A stretch of 64,000 nt of DNA from Octopus sinensis (GCF_006345805.1 NC_043000.1:67766001-67830000); one strand, 5' to 3'; positions 10,935-23,850 are shown, counted from the stretch's first letter. Notes: generated from the sequence alone by a model not told the origin. Program-made: numbers and translations.

Positions 10935-11520
10935 GACGACAGATCGGGAAAGACAATTTGACTGTACACTTTTCGCAGAATTTAATACGTGTTGGAAATT
11001 CACAGAATTCGTACTACTTCCTATCACCCGCGATGTAACGGCATGATAGAAAGGTTTCATAGGCAGTTGAAATCTTCATTAAGAACTTATTCTGATTCAA
11101 ACAGTTGGTTAGAAGCCTTACCGGTTGGGAATCAAGAGTGCTGTTAAAGAAAGTTTCCAATTTTCTCCTGCTGAACTTCTGTACGAAACAACATTAACTC
11201 TACCTGGTCAAATGTTTGAAGAAACGAATTCTTTTACCGGGGATATTAACAATTATGTATCCGACTCAGGAGATTTCTTTCTGATGTTCCTTCTTTTACA
11301 AGTAAATTACAAAGTATTAAAAGTGTCGTCCCTACCGATGTTAATTCTTGGACTCATGTATTTGTACGTAATGATGCCAGTCATCATTCACTGAATTATA
11401 AATACACTGGACCTTTTAAACTTTTGTCAATTAAAGATAAAACTATGACCTTGGATATGCATGGTAAAAAGGAAGTTTCAGCTTCGACAGAGTTAAAAAC
11501 GTTTATTTCGACCAGTCTTC
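10935..11520 (+). mobile_element. Gypsy integrase fragment
   Basis: TTDRERQFD..RIRTTSYHPRCNGMIERFHRQLKSSL..FSPAELLY..YKYTGPFK, frameshifted. Confidence 0.85.
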
Positions 11521-12844
11521 ATGTCATGAGAATAAAAATTTAAGCAACACATTTCAAAATAACTCCAAACAGAACATTTCACAAAACAGCGAACTTAAGG
11601 TTGAGGAAAAGATCCACAAGTCAATTTTAAAATCACCTGCCATCGAAAAAAAACTAGAAGTGGTAGAATTGTACATTTTCCCAAAAGACTTTCTCAGTTC
11701 GTTTGAGTATTTTGCTCATGGATTTTTATATTTCCGGAATCGTTTTTGGAAAAAGATTTTACAATTTTTTTCAAGGAACTTCTATAAATTATATTGAACT
11801 TTATGATGAATATTTTGATAAACTTTCCATGAAAGCTGTATTGTGATAAAACCGTGATGCGCGGTTATTTTCGTTTGTTCAACATGTCGATACATTTCTA
11901 TATTTGTAAAAATGTGTAACTTTGACTTACTTAAATATTATTTCCAACTGTGTATTGAAATATGTTTGTATTATTATTCTTTGTTCGCAAAATTGAGAAA
12001 CTTTTTCTGGTTGAGGGATTATGTAGCAAGCCTTAATAAACCTCTATCGACGGTGATATGACGTTATGGTCATGTTGGCCGAATATGTGTAATTATTAGT
12101 TTCTCCATTGGTTAAAATTACTGTCCATATTTGAATTCTAATTTTCCTCAAAGAGAAATTTTTCCCGAAATACGGTTCTTAAAATTCAGATACCAGCAGA
12201 TATAAAAACCCTGATTTTGGGGAAATAAGTCAGTGTTCGTTGGTCGTCTATATGATTCCACGACACTCACTTTCATGAGATTTGGTTATTATGATGCCAA
12301 GTTGTTGTTTTTTTGTTTAATTCAACAATGCTATTTTGAATTGTTGTTTTACACTTTTTTTTAGCTTCCTTATGAAAGGATCCAAAGTTTATGTCGTAAA
12401 CTCTCTACGACAGTTTCTTTTTTAAATATCTTTTGACTTTTCATATAAAAATGTATTGTAAATATTATTAAATGCACGTAAATAAATTGAAACTTATTTC
12501 TGTACTTATTGAAACTGTTACTATAACGGTAAAAATGAGTGAGCTTGTATTTCTGGTTGAGGGATTATGTAATTCAACATACATGCACGTTCAGCGTCCT
12601 GGTGTATAACTCACCACAGCGTTTACATAGTCTGAGCTAGAATTTATGTATGGTGATTAAATACTTATAATTAAGTTATAAGTGTCTGATTTATCACCAC
12701 AGATTCCTGCTAAAGAAGTATTTATATTTATCATATTTTCTAGTCGTAAGTAGCATGTCATCATTTAACTCATCGAACACGTTATAAACAGATTAAATTA
12801 TTTAATTGTTATAGGTAGCCGCCCACTATCTTTTTTCTCTATAC

Positions 12845-13135
12845 GCCGTTATAACAGGATGAAACATAGGCGTATTTTTATTATCTACAAATGATGGCTC
12901 AGTCCATGGAATGGCGCTACATTCCTTTATGCAAGGCTTAAGAAGCTCAATTTAGCGATTAGTATAGATTTTGGGGGAGGACAAGGCTGTTATTTTTCTG
13001 GATTTCTGGAACATAGTTGTGCTTTAAGCAGCGAGCGGTATATTGAGATACTCAGAAATCTTTGAGTAAGAAGCCGAATAAGAATCTGCGAACGATTAAC
13101 ATTCACAATGACAATATGTAACTCCACACGTCTTT
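12845..13135 (+). mobile_element. Mariner fragment homologous to 3697-3990
   Basis: Aligns by eye to the fossil in unit 1. Cut off at the right by a Penelope-like element. Confidence 0.8.
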
Positions 13136-15850
13136 AGCAACAATACCCCAACTTTCCACCACATCTACATTGAAAATTTGCACCAAACCAGTGAAATTAT
13201 CCAGTGGTTCAATTCTCTACGCCCTAAGCACACCTTTGAATTTATACAAATCTACAATGATCAATACTACTCCAGCATATACATTATTCTTCTAAATAAT
13301 GCCCTAATTTTCGCCAAAAAACATTCCAACCTATCTCGTGACGATATTGATATAATATTAGCAGCCTGCCGCAATGTCATACTGTCTGATGGGAAATCCT
13401 AGACCCGCAAGGATACCCCCAATTTTTTTGACATCCTCATGGAGGCCAGTGACTTCGCCCAAGTTACGGACCTTAGAAGGCATTACCTACTTAACGGTCT
13501 CCATGAACAATTCACTAACATCTCTGGTAGTCTATACAGAAACAACGCTCTGTTCGCAATCCAAAATTCTAGCAACAGTAATCGAACAGACTAGAAAAAT
13601 ATTAAGAGGTTTTTAAAAAACGTCGGCCTTGGCATCTCCTGTAACAACACAAAAACTGCTAATTTCTTGGACATAACCCTAGATTTGCAAAAACCAAAGC
13701 TTCTACTCATACCACAAACCTCGAGGAAAATCTAAACTACGTGAACTTCTCCTCCAGATACCACCACACTCTGTCCTAAAATCTATTGTGGAAAACGTTT
13801 CCTAACGGATTTCCTCACTATCTGTTAGTAAAGATTTATTCGATCAATATGCAGAATATTGCAATTGTGCCTTACACGTGCCAGCTATAATAACTCAATC
13901 GAATATATCCCCATGTGGAATATTCCTCTCTGCACTAAACCCAGAACTGAAACCAGTTCACCCACCACCACCATATAATGAACGTAAAATTTCCCCTATC
14001 CCACCGCTCCGATACTCGTCCAAATTACACTCCCACCGAAACAGACACCAGCGTGCACCTCCAAAACCCTATCCCCACCCAATTAACACCACTAATCGGA
14101 TTAAACGAACAAGAACCCAGGACGTTATCTGGTTCCACCCTTCGCTCTTAATGTTTAGACTTGAGTACTTAAACTCTTCTTCACCCTTACTCGAAAAATA
14201 TTTCCCTAAATCTATCCCCCTTAGGAAAATATTTAACCCCCAATCTATAAAATTGTTCTACTCCACCACCACCAACAACATTGCTGGTATTTTCAAAAAC
14301 AAGGAACTCGGAAATCCACAACCATCAAACCCCAACCTAAATAATTTAACTCAACATAACCCCCAGCTCCATACATATAAACCCAAAACACCAATTGACC
14401 CGCTCAACAACACTAATCCCCATAACTCTAACTATAATTCCGCTACCAACACCCGATCCTTACATTTACCACAACGCCCAACTATACCTCTTGTAAAAAT
14501 AAAGAACGACACAGACGATACCACCCACCGAACACGATAATTATCATATCATACAGTCCCACAATACCACCCTTAACTCCCTCAAAATATTGATCTTAAT
14601 GCCAGTAATAATAATGAACCTAACACCAGTTCGTCACTAAATAACAATCCCATTACAAATTCATCCGGAACATCTCCTACGAACCTATGCAGCTTCAGAC
14701 GACTAACCTCTATCCTTTAGACAACCGTTGTCTCACAAAAGAACATCATTTACAAGTGTACAGTATCAGCTGCCAACTGTGGCTACATATACATCGATCC
14801 ATGCAGCACCACCTTCAAAGCTAGAGTGAACAACAACTACTCCAGTTTCAAATCCCAAACATAATCCAACAGTACATCGTTATCTCAGCTTATCAATAAA
14901 CTAAAGATCAATTAAACTCCTTACACTCTCAAGTGGCCCATAGTATCCCACGCCAAACCACTCAGCAGCTGTTATAACAAATGTGATATCTGCATAGCCG
15001 AAGTCTTAGCTACTGTGCAATCCACGGATTGTCTTAATGAACGCAGCAGTATAACTTTTACCTGCAAACATCGACCACTAACTCTATTCTCAAAATACAA
15101 ATAACAACTCCATACCGCTTCTTTTTCCCCTAACCTTCATAAATTTTTGACCAAAAATATTTCCCCACCATCTTCCCTCTACATTATCCTTTTTTCAAAT
15201 TTTACTCCCCTTGCTAATTTCTATGATTGAATAGCCCTATTGAATACTACCTGTCAAATTACCTTACTTAAATTCCTGTCTTCTCACTCCCTTGTTTTTT
15301 TTTTCTTTTTTCCTTTTTATTCCTAATTCCTCTCTACATTTATATTCTCTACTCCTACTGTATTCTCTTCAGATTCTGATTGAATCTTTCATGTGTTAAC
15401 ATGTACCTCCTTGAGACAATGTAAACTTTCATTGGCCTGAAGAGTAGCCTGCGGTATACACCTCGCTTGGATATTTACCACTTCCGAGGTTCCGCTCACT
15501 ATGAAACACATGTAGCCTGGATCTTATCGACTCCCTTCCTTAAATCTTATTTTCTTATTCGCATGCCCGGCAACCCTAGTTGCCTACCGTGAAATATAAA
15601 AATAATACATTTTTCAATTTATCATATTTCAATAAGAATAAAATCCACAACTTTCTGTCTCATTAACCATTATTGTCCCTGAAAGTTGTTTCTTATATTT
15701 ACTACGAATTGCTTGAAGCTAACCTTCTTCCAACACTTCGATCATTGGATCTTATATTTATCTCTAGAAACTTTGTTGGGATATTATGGTAGATAATTAT
15801 AGGACTTTTAGATAACTGTAGTAGATTTGTTGAGCGGAAAGCTTTAGCGT
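13135..15850 (+). mobile_element. Degenerate Penelope-like element (RT, linker, GIY-YIG, 3' pLTR)
   Basis: SEIIQWFN..IDIILAACRNVILSDG..LYRNNAL..NFLDITLDL is a PLE RT. IYKCTV..YIYID..LKWPIV..CDIC is a GIY-YIG remnant. A hammerhead lies in the tail. Confidence 0.85.
15434..15517 (+). ncRNA. Type I hammerhead ribozyme in Penelope pLTR
   Basis: GGC-CUGAAGA-GUAG...CUAU-GAAA-C(ACAU)G-UA-GCC. Core at 15437-15443 and 15503-15506. Predicted cleavage after A15514. Confidence 0.7.
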
Positions 15851-15871
15851 CAGTTATTACTATAACGAATA

Positions 15872-15941
15872 TTTATGGTAAGGTAAGGGACGGTGTGATA
15901 TTGCCATGCGTGTGTGCGTGTGTGTGTGTGTGTGTGCGTGT

Positions 15942-15997
<56 letters not shown>

Positions 15998-16684
15998 TGT
16001 GTGTGTGCTTATATACATAAGCGTACGTATTAAGTTGGAAAGACAGCCTTGTTGCATTTATAGATGATCATAGATATAATCAAAATATTTCCACTCATTC
16101 TTATTTCTTTATTGCCTACAAGGGGCCAAACATAGAGGGGACAAACAAGGGCAGACAAAGGGGATTAAGTCGATTACATCAACCCCAGTGCGTAACTGGT
16201 GTTTAATTTATCGACCCCGAAAGGATGAAAGGCAAAGTTGACCTCGGCGGAATTTGAACTCAGAACGTAGCGACAGACGAAATACCGCTAAGCATTTCGC
16301 TCGGCGTGCTAACGCTTCTGCCAGCTCGCCGCCTTATTTCCACTCATTCTTGATAACATAATCCCATCTGTTTAACAAATTATTGACCACACAGACGTAA
16401 AATTCCTCAGGTTTCGAAGAAAAGTACCTCTCAGTATTATTTTTGACCTCTTCACAAATTTTTTCCGGTAAATGATGTTACAGTGATCTAAAATTGCGAT
16501 GTAATGTGGAACAAGGACAGGACAATAGGGAGGATGACACGAAACTTTTATATTTAGTGTCGTAATCTTTCCCTGCGTGACTTGGGTAATATGTTGTCTT
16601 GCATTATCGTGTAAAAAGAAATACCACTTTACGGTTAATTATTGATTTATGGTAAGGTAAGGGACGGTGTGATATTGTCATGCG

Positions 16685-16750
<66 letters not shown>

Positions 16751-16779
16751 TATATACATAAGCGTACGTATTAAGTTGG
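15872..16779. repeat. Local direct duplication (15872-16037 and 16645-16779) around a (GT)n tract
   Basis: tttatggtaaggtaagggacggtgtgatattg-(tg)n-cttatatacataagcgtacgtattaagttgg occurs twice. Confidence 0.9.
16103..16334 (-). mobile_element. tRNA-derived SINE with Nin-like domain, 17-bp TSD
   Basis: Contains cctttcatcctttcggggtcgataaa on the minus strand. TSD tatttccactcattctt at 16086-16102 and 16335-16351. Confidence 0.88.
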
Positions 16780-17870
16780 TAATAACTGTCTCCACCTTCA
16801 ATGTGCGCACCCTCAGAAAACTAAACCAAGTCTCTGAACTTGTTGCCTCAGCCATCAAGCACAAAATTGATGTTGTCTATACGAAGAACACAGGCTTTAT
16901 CACGACGATGTTGAAATATCATAATGCTAGTAGTGGCTGCACTTTTATCTCAGTCTCAGATTAGAAGAACTCTACCAATTCCACCATCCAAGGAAATCAT
17001 GAGATATCAATCATATCTTGCTATTTGCCAACCAACACAGCTGACGAAAAAGAGGTTTCCAATTTTGATCAGGCTCTCTCTGCATCAATGAGACAAATAC
17101 CAAAGCACAGTGTTCTCATAACTGGAGGTGATATATAAGCTATAAACACTTACGTAAGCCAACGACCCGAATCTCCAACTGTATCACATACTAATCAACA
17201 AGAAATGGTTGAATAGCGCCTCAAACACAGAGTCTTACAATAATTTTGATAGCGACTACAAGATTTTAACATCGAAATAGTTAGCCTTAGAGCTAACAAA
17301 ACCAAATCAGCCTCTAGGTCCACTTATGACTGGTCAGTTTTAAAGAACAACGGGCAAATCTGCTACCAATACACCATAGAAGTTAGAAACGTATTTAAGC
17401 CACTACAAAATGAAAATGAAGAAAACTCTTACATAGCATACAATAATTTTGTAACTTCTCGATCAGAAGCTGCGAAAGAGACCACACCCATAAAGGCAAG
17501 AACCAAAAGCCGAAAGACTCAAGTCTGGCAAGCCGGAGAATTTTATATTCTGTTAGGCTTCTGCAATCGTCTACAATGAAGGCAACATTGACAAATGAAC
17601 AAATTTCATATTGCAATCGTTGCAAAAATTTATAAGCCCCTCACTCTTACTCAACAGAATACAACCAGAAATTGAGAAAGTTTTGAGAAGAAACCAAAAT
17701 GGCTTCAGAAGAAATAGATCAGCTGTCGAACAAATACTTACACTTCGTCGTCTACTTGAAGGAGTAAAAACCGTAACACTTGAAGCAGTCTTACTGTTTG
17801 TTGATTTCTCAAAAGCTTTTATCTCCATCCACTGTGGTAAATTGGAAAAACTACTACTAGCACTCACCAT
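16780..17870 (+). mobile_element. Degenerate RTE-clade LINE (APE and RT remnants)
   Basis: TVSTFNVRTL is the APE motif I. NQNGFRRNRS..QILTLRR..LLFVDFSKAF is RT. Confidence 0.85.
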
Positions 17871-18278
17871 TCCTTCAGTGTTAGGTTTTGTTTTAATCAG
17901 AAATTGCTCTGACGAAAGTAACATTAATTTGCTTAGGTCGTTAAATTTTTCTCAACTGATCAATGGGTCGATTGAGCAGGCCTATCAGTAAAGTACCTAT
18001 AATGACTTCTGCAAACAGTTGTAAGCCAATTTTGATCTAATAAAGGAAAAAAATGTGTAATGACCATTATCTGCAACTTGTCTTACACTCTGTGTAAAAA
18101 TCCAGTTTCTCTGGAGCCCAGCCACGGATTTACAATACAGAATTGCAATGAACCATAACAATGGACCCTGCCATAAGAGAACTTGGATTCACTAATCTAA
18201 ACAATATTATTAGTTTGACGTGCCAACAGAGAGCTTATGAAGTATTTTGCCCGGATTGATGATCCTCCACTATTAGCT

Positions 18279-18312
<34 letters not shown>

Positions 18313-18365
18313 CTATCTCTATCTCTCTATCTCTCATCACTCTCTCTCTCTTCTTCTCTCTTTGT

Positions 18366-18404
<39 letters not shown>

Positions 18405-18625
18405 TTTAGTATCAACTGTTAGAAAAACGAGTATTCAATACCATAGCTGAGATTAATAATATACTTTATTTTGGTAAAATCTGTTTCTTGCTACTCTTGA
18501 TTTCACCGGTAGGTAAACAAAATCTGCAGACAGGTCATAACTCGCCTGAAGATCTGGCGCACCTACAAGTGAAAGTCAGAGTAGCAAAAGATTGACATGA
18601 CCAATATATATACATATACTTACAT

Positions 18626-18695
<70 letters not shown>

Positions 18696-18921
18696 AATTT
18701 GTGCAAATGTGTATAGAATAATATATCACTTGAATAAAGTTAGATGCCCTGGTTTTCACATTTTTTATTATTATGTTTAATAAATGTTTTACGCTGTTGA
18801 AGTGTGTTAAACATTAAAAAAATATTCACTAATGTTCATAAAGTTCAATTAGCGCTTTCATACGTTCCTAGTAATCATCAGATTTCAAAATGTATTGACT
18901 GACAGTTGAGAAGAGCCCTTG

Positions 18922-18993
<72 letters not shown>

Positions 18994-19014
18994 GTATGTA
19001 TGTATGTGTGTGTA

Positions 19015-21805
19015 TTACCTATCAGGCCGTTATAGTTCGTTTCAAACAATAATGTTTCCAATTTCATCGTTATCAACAATGTTTCCAGGTTATCTCAACC
19101 TCATCTTCAGGATATGGAATAACTTTGGTTTCTTTGCTGGCATTTTTATAGTGACCACATTATTATAATAAAGATTCTCCCGCCACAGCAGGGAAAACGT
19201 TTGTCTTAAAATATCAAAAATTTTTCCGATGACCTGATACTGTAATTTGAAATAAACAAGTGTGTGTGTGTTTAGTATTCTTACAATACAAGTCCCAAAA
19301 GGGATTTTTTCTGTCTGGTGTTAAATTTTTGAAATTTTAAAATTAAATGAAAATTTTCAAATTCGGTATATTGGACGCAATTTTTCACGTTGAATATGTT
19401 ACTGTTGTTCACTTGTTCCAGAAAGGTTTTAGAAAATGTTACAGTGGTTTAAAGTTTGATTATTTTATCCAATCACAAAACGGGATTTGGAAGCTGGCAG
19501 TTTCTGCGTAATAACTTTTATTAAATAAATGGAAGCAATATATTATGACATCGAAAGTTGCAAAAAGATTTGAAGTTTTAATCGGTTTAAATGAATAAAG
19601 TCATGTTAAACGTTGGAACAGACAATATAAAAAGAAAAATCCTTAATTTTTTTTTTTTTTAGCGGAACATTACAAAAATACAAACTGTATGTTATACTAC
19701 TGTAATTCGGTTCATGTAAACAATTAATGGCGAAAATTCAAAAACGAAAGTTTGATATACACAAGCGTTAGAGTCAGATTTTAGGGTTGGGATTTAGGGT
19801 TAGAATTTGTGTTTACGGTTAGAGTTCGGGTTTAGGGATGAAGTTTGGGGTTAGAATTAGGATTTAAGTTTTAGGGTTAGAGTTAGGATGTAGCGTTGGA
19901 GTTTAAGGTTAGAATTAGGGCTTAGAGTTAGACTTGGAACTTAGGGCTGGCGTTTAGGGCCACTCTGACCCATGGATAACCTGGGGTTAATCAATTAGTA
20001 ACATTTTTTGTGAACATTTTAAAAAAATTTTTCTGGAACAAGTAAATATGAAAATCAGATTCAGCATGAAAAATTACATCAACATACCAAATTTGAAAAG
20101 TTAAAATTTCTAACACTGTCACAGCAACAGAAAAGACCCATTAGTTTTTCTGTCTGACAAAAGAATGCAAAACAAATGTTCGAACAGGAATGTAAACAAT
20201 TTAAATAAGAAAATTTCTCAATGAAATTTGTTTGCGAAAAATTACAAAGGAATAAACTGTAGTAATACTGTACTAATAGTTCAATTCATGTAAACAATAG
20301 ATTTTTTTGTGGCGAAAATTCAAGAACGGGAGTTGAGAATAGAGGTACATAGTGGCTGTAGCAATTTTAAGCAGACAACTGCGTGTCTTGTTACAATGAA
20401 AACTGGGAGCAATATGTTTGTGGCTTACGATAGGATAAAATTACCCAAAATAGGCAAATTTTAAGAAGTTATTAAACTTTTGTATTTATTAATTTATGGC
20501 AAAAATTAATTTCATCTCCATAACTAGCATGCACAACTACATGAATATACCAAATTTGAAATCAAATGTAACAAAATTAAAGGAATTGAAAAGTGAGAGC
20601 GAAGCAGAAAAGAACTCACAAAATTTTTTAACTTTTATTAAAGGTTTGAATAATCAAGAGCGCTCATATAGTTGCTCTCTTTAAGACCATATCTTGCCTG
20701 TGTTGTATGTTCCCTTGGTTCAAGATAAACTGTTTTTAATAAGAAAATCATGCGTTCATGAACAATTAGCATGTCTTCCTCCTTTCCATTATACGGTGTT
20801 AGAATTGACAAATCCTTAAACCATCTCGTGTGGAAGTCAAAGACAATTATCCCCGTATAAAGAGCAGCTGCCGCTACAAGACTTGGTTTAAAGTAATTTT
20901 TTAGGCTAAGAAAGTCATCATATAATGCTAGTTCCAATAAATAATTGGTCATACTATGCAAATCGTGACGAGGTTTCAATTTGAGAATAATATGGTAATA
21001 CGAAAGGAAGACATATGGAGTAACAAAAAACGTTTTACCATTGAAACGTTTAGAAACCAAAACGTACATTCTATGAAGCTCATCTAAAGAAGACTCTGGG
21101 TCGACTTTCGAAGTCATAGTAATAATTTCCAGACCCTCATCGGTTACACGATTATATATCGTGTCAAAAGCAATTCTAAGACATATAGCTCCGACACATT
21201 GCAGTTTTTCGCATGAAATCGGCGGTGATCTTCTAGAAGACAGGAATAAGTCAAATAATGCAACTGATAGGTGGATGACATCCAAAACACTGGACCAATT
21301 ATCTGCGCATGCTATCATCCAGTTGACCACAGCCTTACGATCTTCAGGCTGAAAATTATGGTGACCATCTCGAAAATAATTACGGACTTTCTTCTGTCGT
21401 CTTTCATGTTCATATACATTTCTTAAATTTCTAACAACATCTGAAAAATCCATGGTCGTTCTTCTGCAAAATTACACGAAACTTGCTTGAATAGAAAGTA
21501 TAGTGAAGTGTGAAGTGGTGAAAACCACAAAAATTTCTCAGTTGATTGCGTCATTCAAACGTAACAATCAGCAAGTGTCGTTGCCAGTTTATTTGAATAA
21601 TTAAAATCTTCACTTGGATTTGGATGTTAAACTATTTATTGATCTTTAACATTTGAAGTGTATTAAACTGTTTATTATTCACAACATGATTGTTAAGCAA
21701 CGTATAACATTCAAATTTAAAAATCAAATATGCATTTCAATAAAGCTTAAATTCAGTTACGAAAATAACTTGAAATGTTTTTAAATCTATTTAATGCCTA
21801 AAATT
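19015..21805. repeat. Duplicated cyclin module, unit 3
   Basis: Collinear with units 1 and 2. Homology ends at atctatttaatgcctaaa, where a Gypsy remnant begins. Confidence 0.9.
20638..21453 (-). CDS. Divergent cyclin A/B-fold protein, copy 3 (271 aa, intronless CDS)
   Basis: Same cyclin box and second-fold motifs. 199/271 aa identical to copy 1 (manual count). AATAAA about 150 nt downstream (plus-strand tttatt 20485-20490). Confidence 0.92.
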   Translation of the reverse strand: MDFSDVVRNLRNVYEHERRQKKVRNYFRDGHHNFQPEDRKAVVNWMIACADNWSSVLDVIHLSVALFDLFLSSRRSPPISCEKLQCVGAICLRIAFDTIYNRVTDEGLEIITMTSKVDPESSLDELHRMYVLVSKRFNGKTFFVTPYVFLSYYHIILKLKPRHDLHSMTNYLLELALYDDFLSLKNYFKPSLVAAAALYTGIIVFDFHTRWFKDLSILTPYNGKEEDMLIVHERMIFLLKTVYLEPREHTTQARYGLKESNYMSALDYSNL

Positions 21806-21807
21806 AT

Positions 21808-22590
21808 TGCGACCTCCTGACACGAACACGACTCCAACAGTCAAGTCAGCAGCTAGGAAACAGCAGGCCAGCCCAGCAAGCGAACTTGCTTAGAGTTGAA
21901 GAAGTAGTCGGACCCGACTGGATGTTTTGTGTAACGTGGTTTTTCATCGCCAGGGTTCACTTCGACTGATTACATCGCATCTTTACACCGACTGTCTTTA
22001 TTGCCAACTTCACACTACACTGTATTGTTTACGTTGCCAACTGACATTCCGCGTTCTTCACGTTGCCAACTGACACCACGCGTTCTTTACGTTGCCAACT
22101 GACATCCCGCGTTCTTTACGTTGCCAACTGACACTGTGTGTTCCTTCACCTGTTCAAGTCGTCCATCTCACGACAAAGAAGCCCAGAAAAGAAACGTGCA
22201 GCAAGCTTCGTATCACTCACGTGATCATTAACATTATTTCTCCTTCTTAACACCACCTCCTCCCTAGATCTTTGTCGACCCGACAAAAATATACATTTAT
22301 AACTTCAGTCCTTACGATGACTCTCTTGCTCTTGCACTTCTCCTTAGTCTTCCCTGGTAACTTCATCAATAGATAGGTCTAACCTCCCAGAAAGGTCCCA
22401 GCTGAGCTGGCCAGGCCCATAGTACTTCTACTGGCAGTTCACATACACAATTTTTGGACGAGACCTCTAGCCTCCTCGAATCTGGTACGTCATGTCGGAC
22501 AGGTGATTCATCAAAGTATAGGGTCCTTCCCATACATTCTGCAGCTTCCGCTGGGGGATTATATAGCCAAACTTCATCTCCCTCCATAAA
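21808..22590 (-). mobile_element. Gypsy 3' remnant: integrase C-terminus, PPT and 3' LTR
   Basis: EGDEVWLYNP then frameshifted KLQNVWEGPY..DMTYQIR..PKIVYVN. PPT agggaggaggtgg at 22253-22265, LTR TG start at 22252, AATAAA inside the LTR. LTR distal end uncertain (21930 or 21808). Confidence 0.8.
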
Positions 22591-22811
22591 GTTTATCTCA
22601 CTAACCGACGTTTCATCACTCCACTAGGAAAATATGTCTAGGTCCTGACGTATATATACAAACAACACTTTTTTTAAAATCGTTGAGTGCATAATAATAA
22701 AATTCAGATAAAAGACATGCAAAATAGAACACCCTGTATCGAATTATCTACAAATTAAACGATTAAAATGAGTTTATAAAGTACAATAAGATGAAATAAA
22801 ATAAAATAAAA

Positions 22812-23200
22812 AGGAGTGGCTGTGTGGTAAGTAGCTTGCTTATCAACCACATGGTTCCGGGTTCAGTCCCACTGCGTGGCATCTTCTACTATAGCCTAGG
22901 GCAGACTAAAGCCTTGAGTGGATTTGGTAGACGGAAACTGAAAGAAGCCCGTCGTATATATGTATATATATATATGTATGTGTATATTTGTGTATCTGTG
23001 TTTGTCCCCCTAGCATTGCTTGACAACCGATGCTGGTGTGTTTACGTCGCCGTCACTTAGCGGTTCGGCAAAAGAGAGCGATAGAATATGTACTGGGCTT
23101 ACAAAGAATAAGTCCCGGGGTCGATTTGTTCGACTAAAAGCAGTGCTCCAGCATGGCCGCAGTTAAATAAGTGAAACAAGTAAAAGAGTAAAAGAGTAAG
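22812..23200 (+). mobile_element. tRNA-derived SINE (octopus type)
   Basis: ggagtggctgtgtggtaagtagcttgc...gaaactgaaagaagcccgtcg...(gtaaaaga)n tail. Confidence 0.9.
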
Positions 23201-23850
23201 AAAATAATATTTGCATATAACAGTCGAAGGTTTTTCTTGAGAAATATGTCGAAATATATACAATAACTTTGCGATGCGAAATAAATCATGTATAATAAGA
23301 AACAAATCCAACAGTGTGTTTAAAAACTAATCCAAGAATCAAAAAATATACACTATCCATATGGTATATTGCTAGCCGACATTTTAAATTTAGCTGCGTG
23401 TCTACAGGAATTCAAGAGTTCACGTCTTTGATTTAAAGAGTTATTGTCCTGGAATAAAATAAAATATTTTTCCAGCAGGCGTAAATCACATTTGATGGGT
23501 CTTTCATGTGCACCGTACCAGTAAGGTGCAGCTCTATCTAAAATACTCCATGTCACGTTGAAAGGCCGGGTTTCTTTTTCTTTTAATTCCCAGACATATT
23601 TTGCCAGGCTGGTCTTCGTCCTATTTTCGGGGTATCTGAAGGAATTTTTATGCCCGATTTTATTCGCACATGCGAAAGATAGGTGGCTGAATATGTGTAA
23701 CGAACGTACGCGAAATAAAATTACGTTTACATGTGTATACAAAAGTGTATATCAGCATAAATACACATATAAGATCACATATATAAATATATGGAAATAT
23801 GTACGCAAATACACATCCACAGAAATCTAAGTGAATACATGCATACATAT
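23200..23850 (-). mobile_element. Penelope GIY-YIG 3' fragment
   Basis: HKNSFRY..TSLAKYVWELKEK..FNVTWSILDRAAPY..CDLRLLEKYFIL..LNQRRELLNSCRH. Confidence 0.85.

Noticed and set aside
13878-14540. 220-aa Pro/Asn/Thr-rich ORF as a host gene
   Set aside because: It lies between Penelope RT and GIY-YIG remnants and includes a VIWFHP RT-thumb-like motif; it is the element linker.
18540-18590. CTGAAGA...GAAA spacing suggestive of a hammerhead
   Set aside because: No convincing helix I, II or III.
22030-22140. CRISPR-like short direct repeats
   Set aside because: The spacers are only a few bases and similar to each other, there are no cas genes, and the context is a eukaryotic LTR.
22812-22890. tRNA-like sequence at SINE heads
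   Set aside because: Part of multi-copy SINEs; no complete cloverleaf or anticodon arm is supported.
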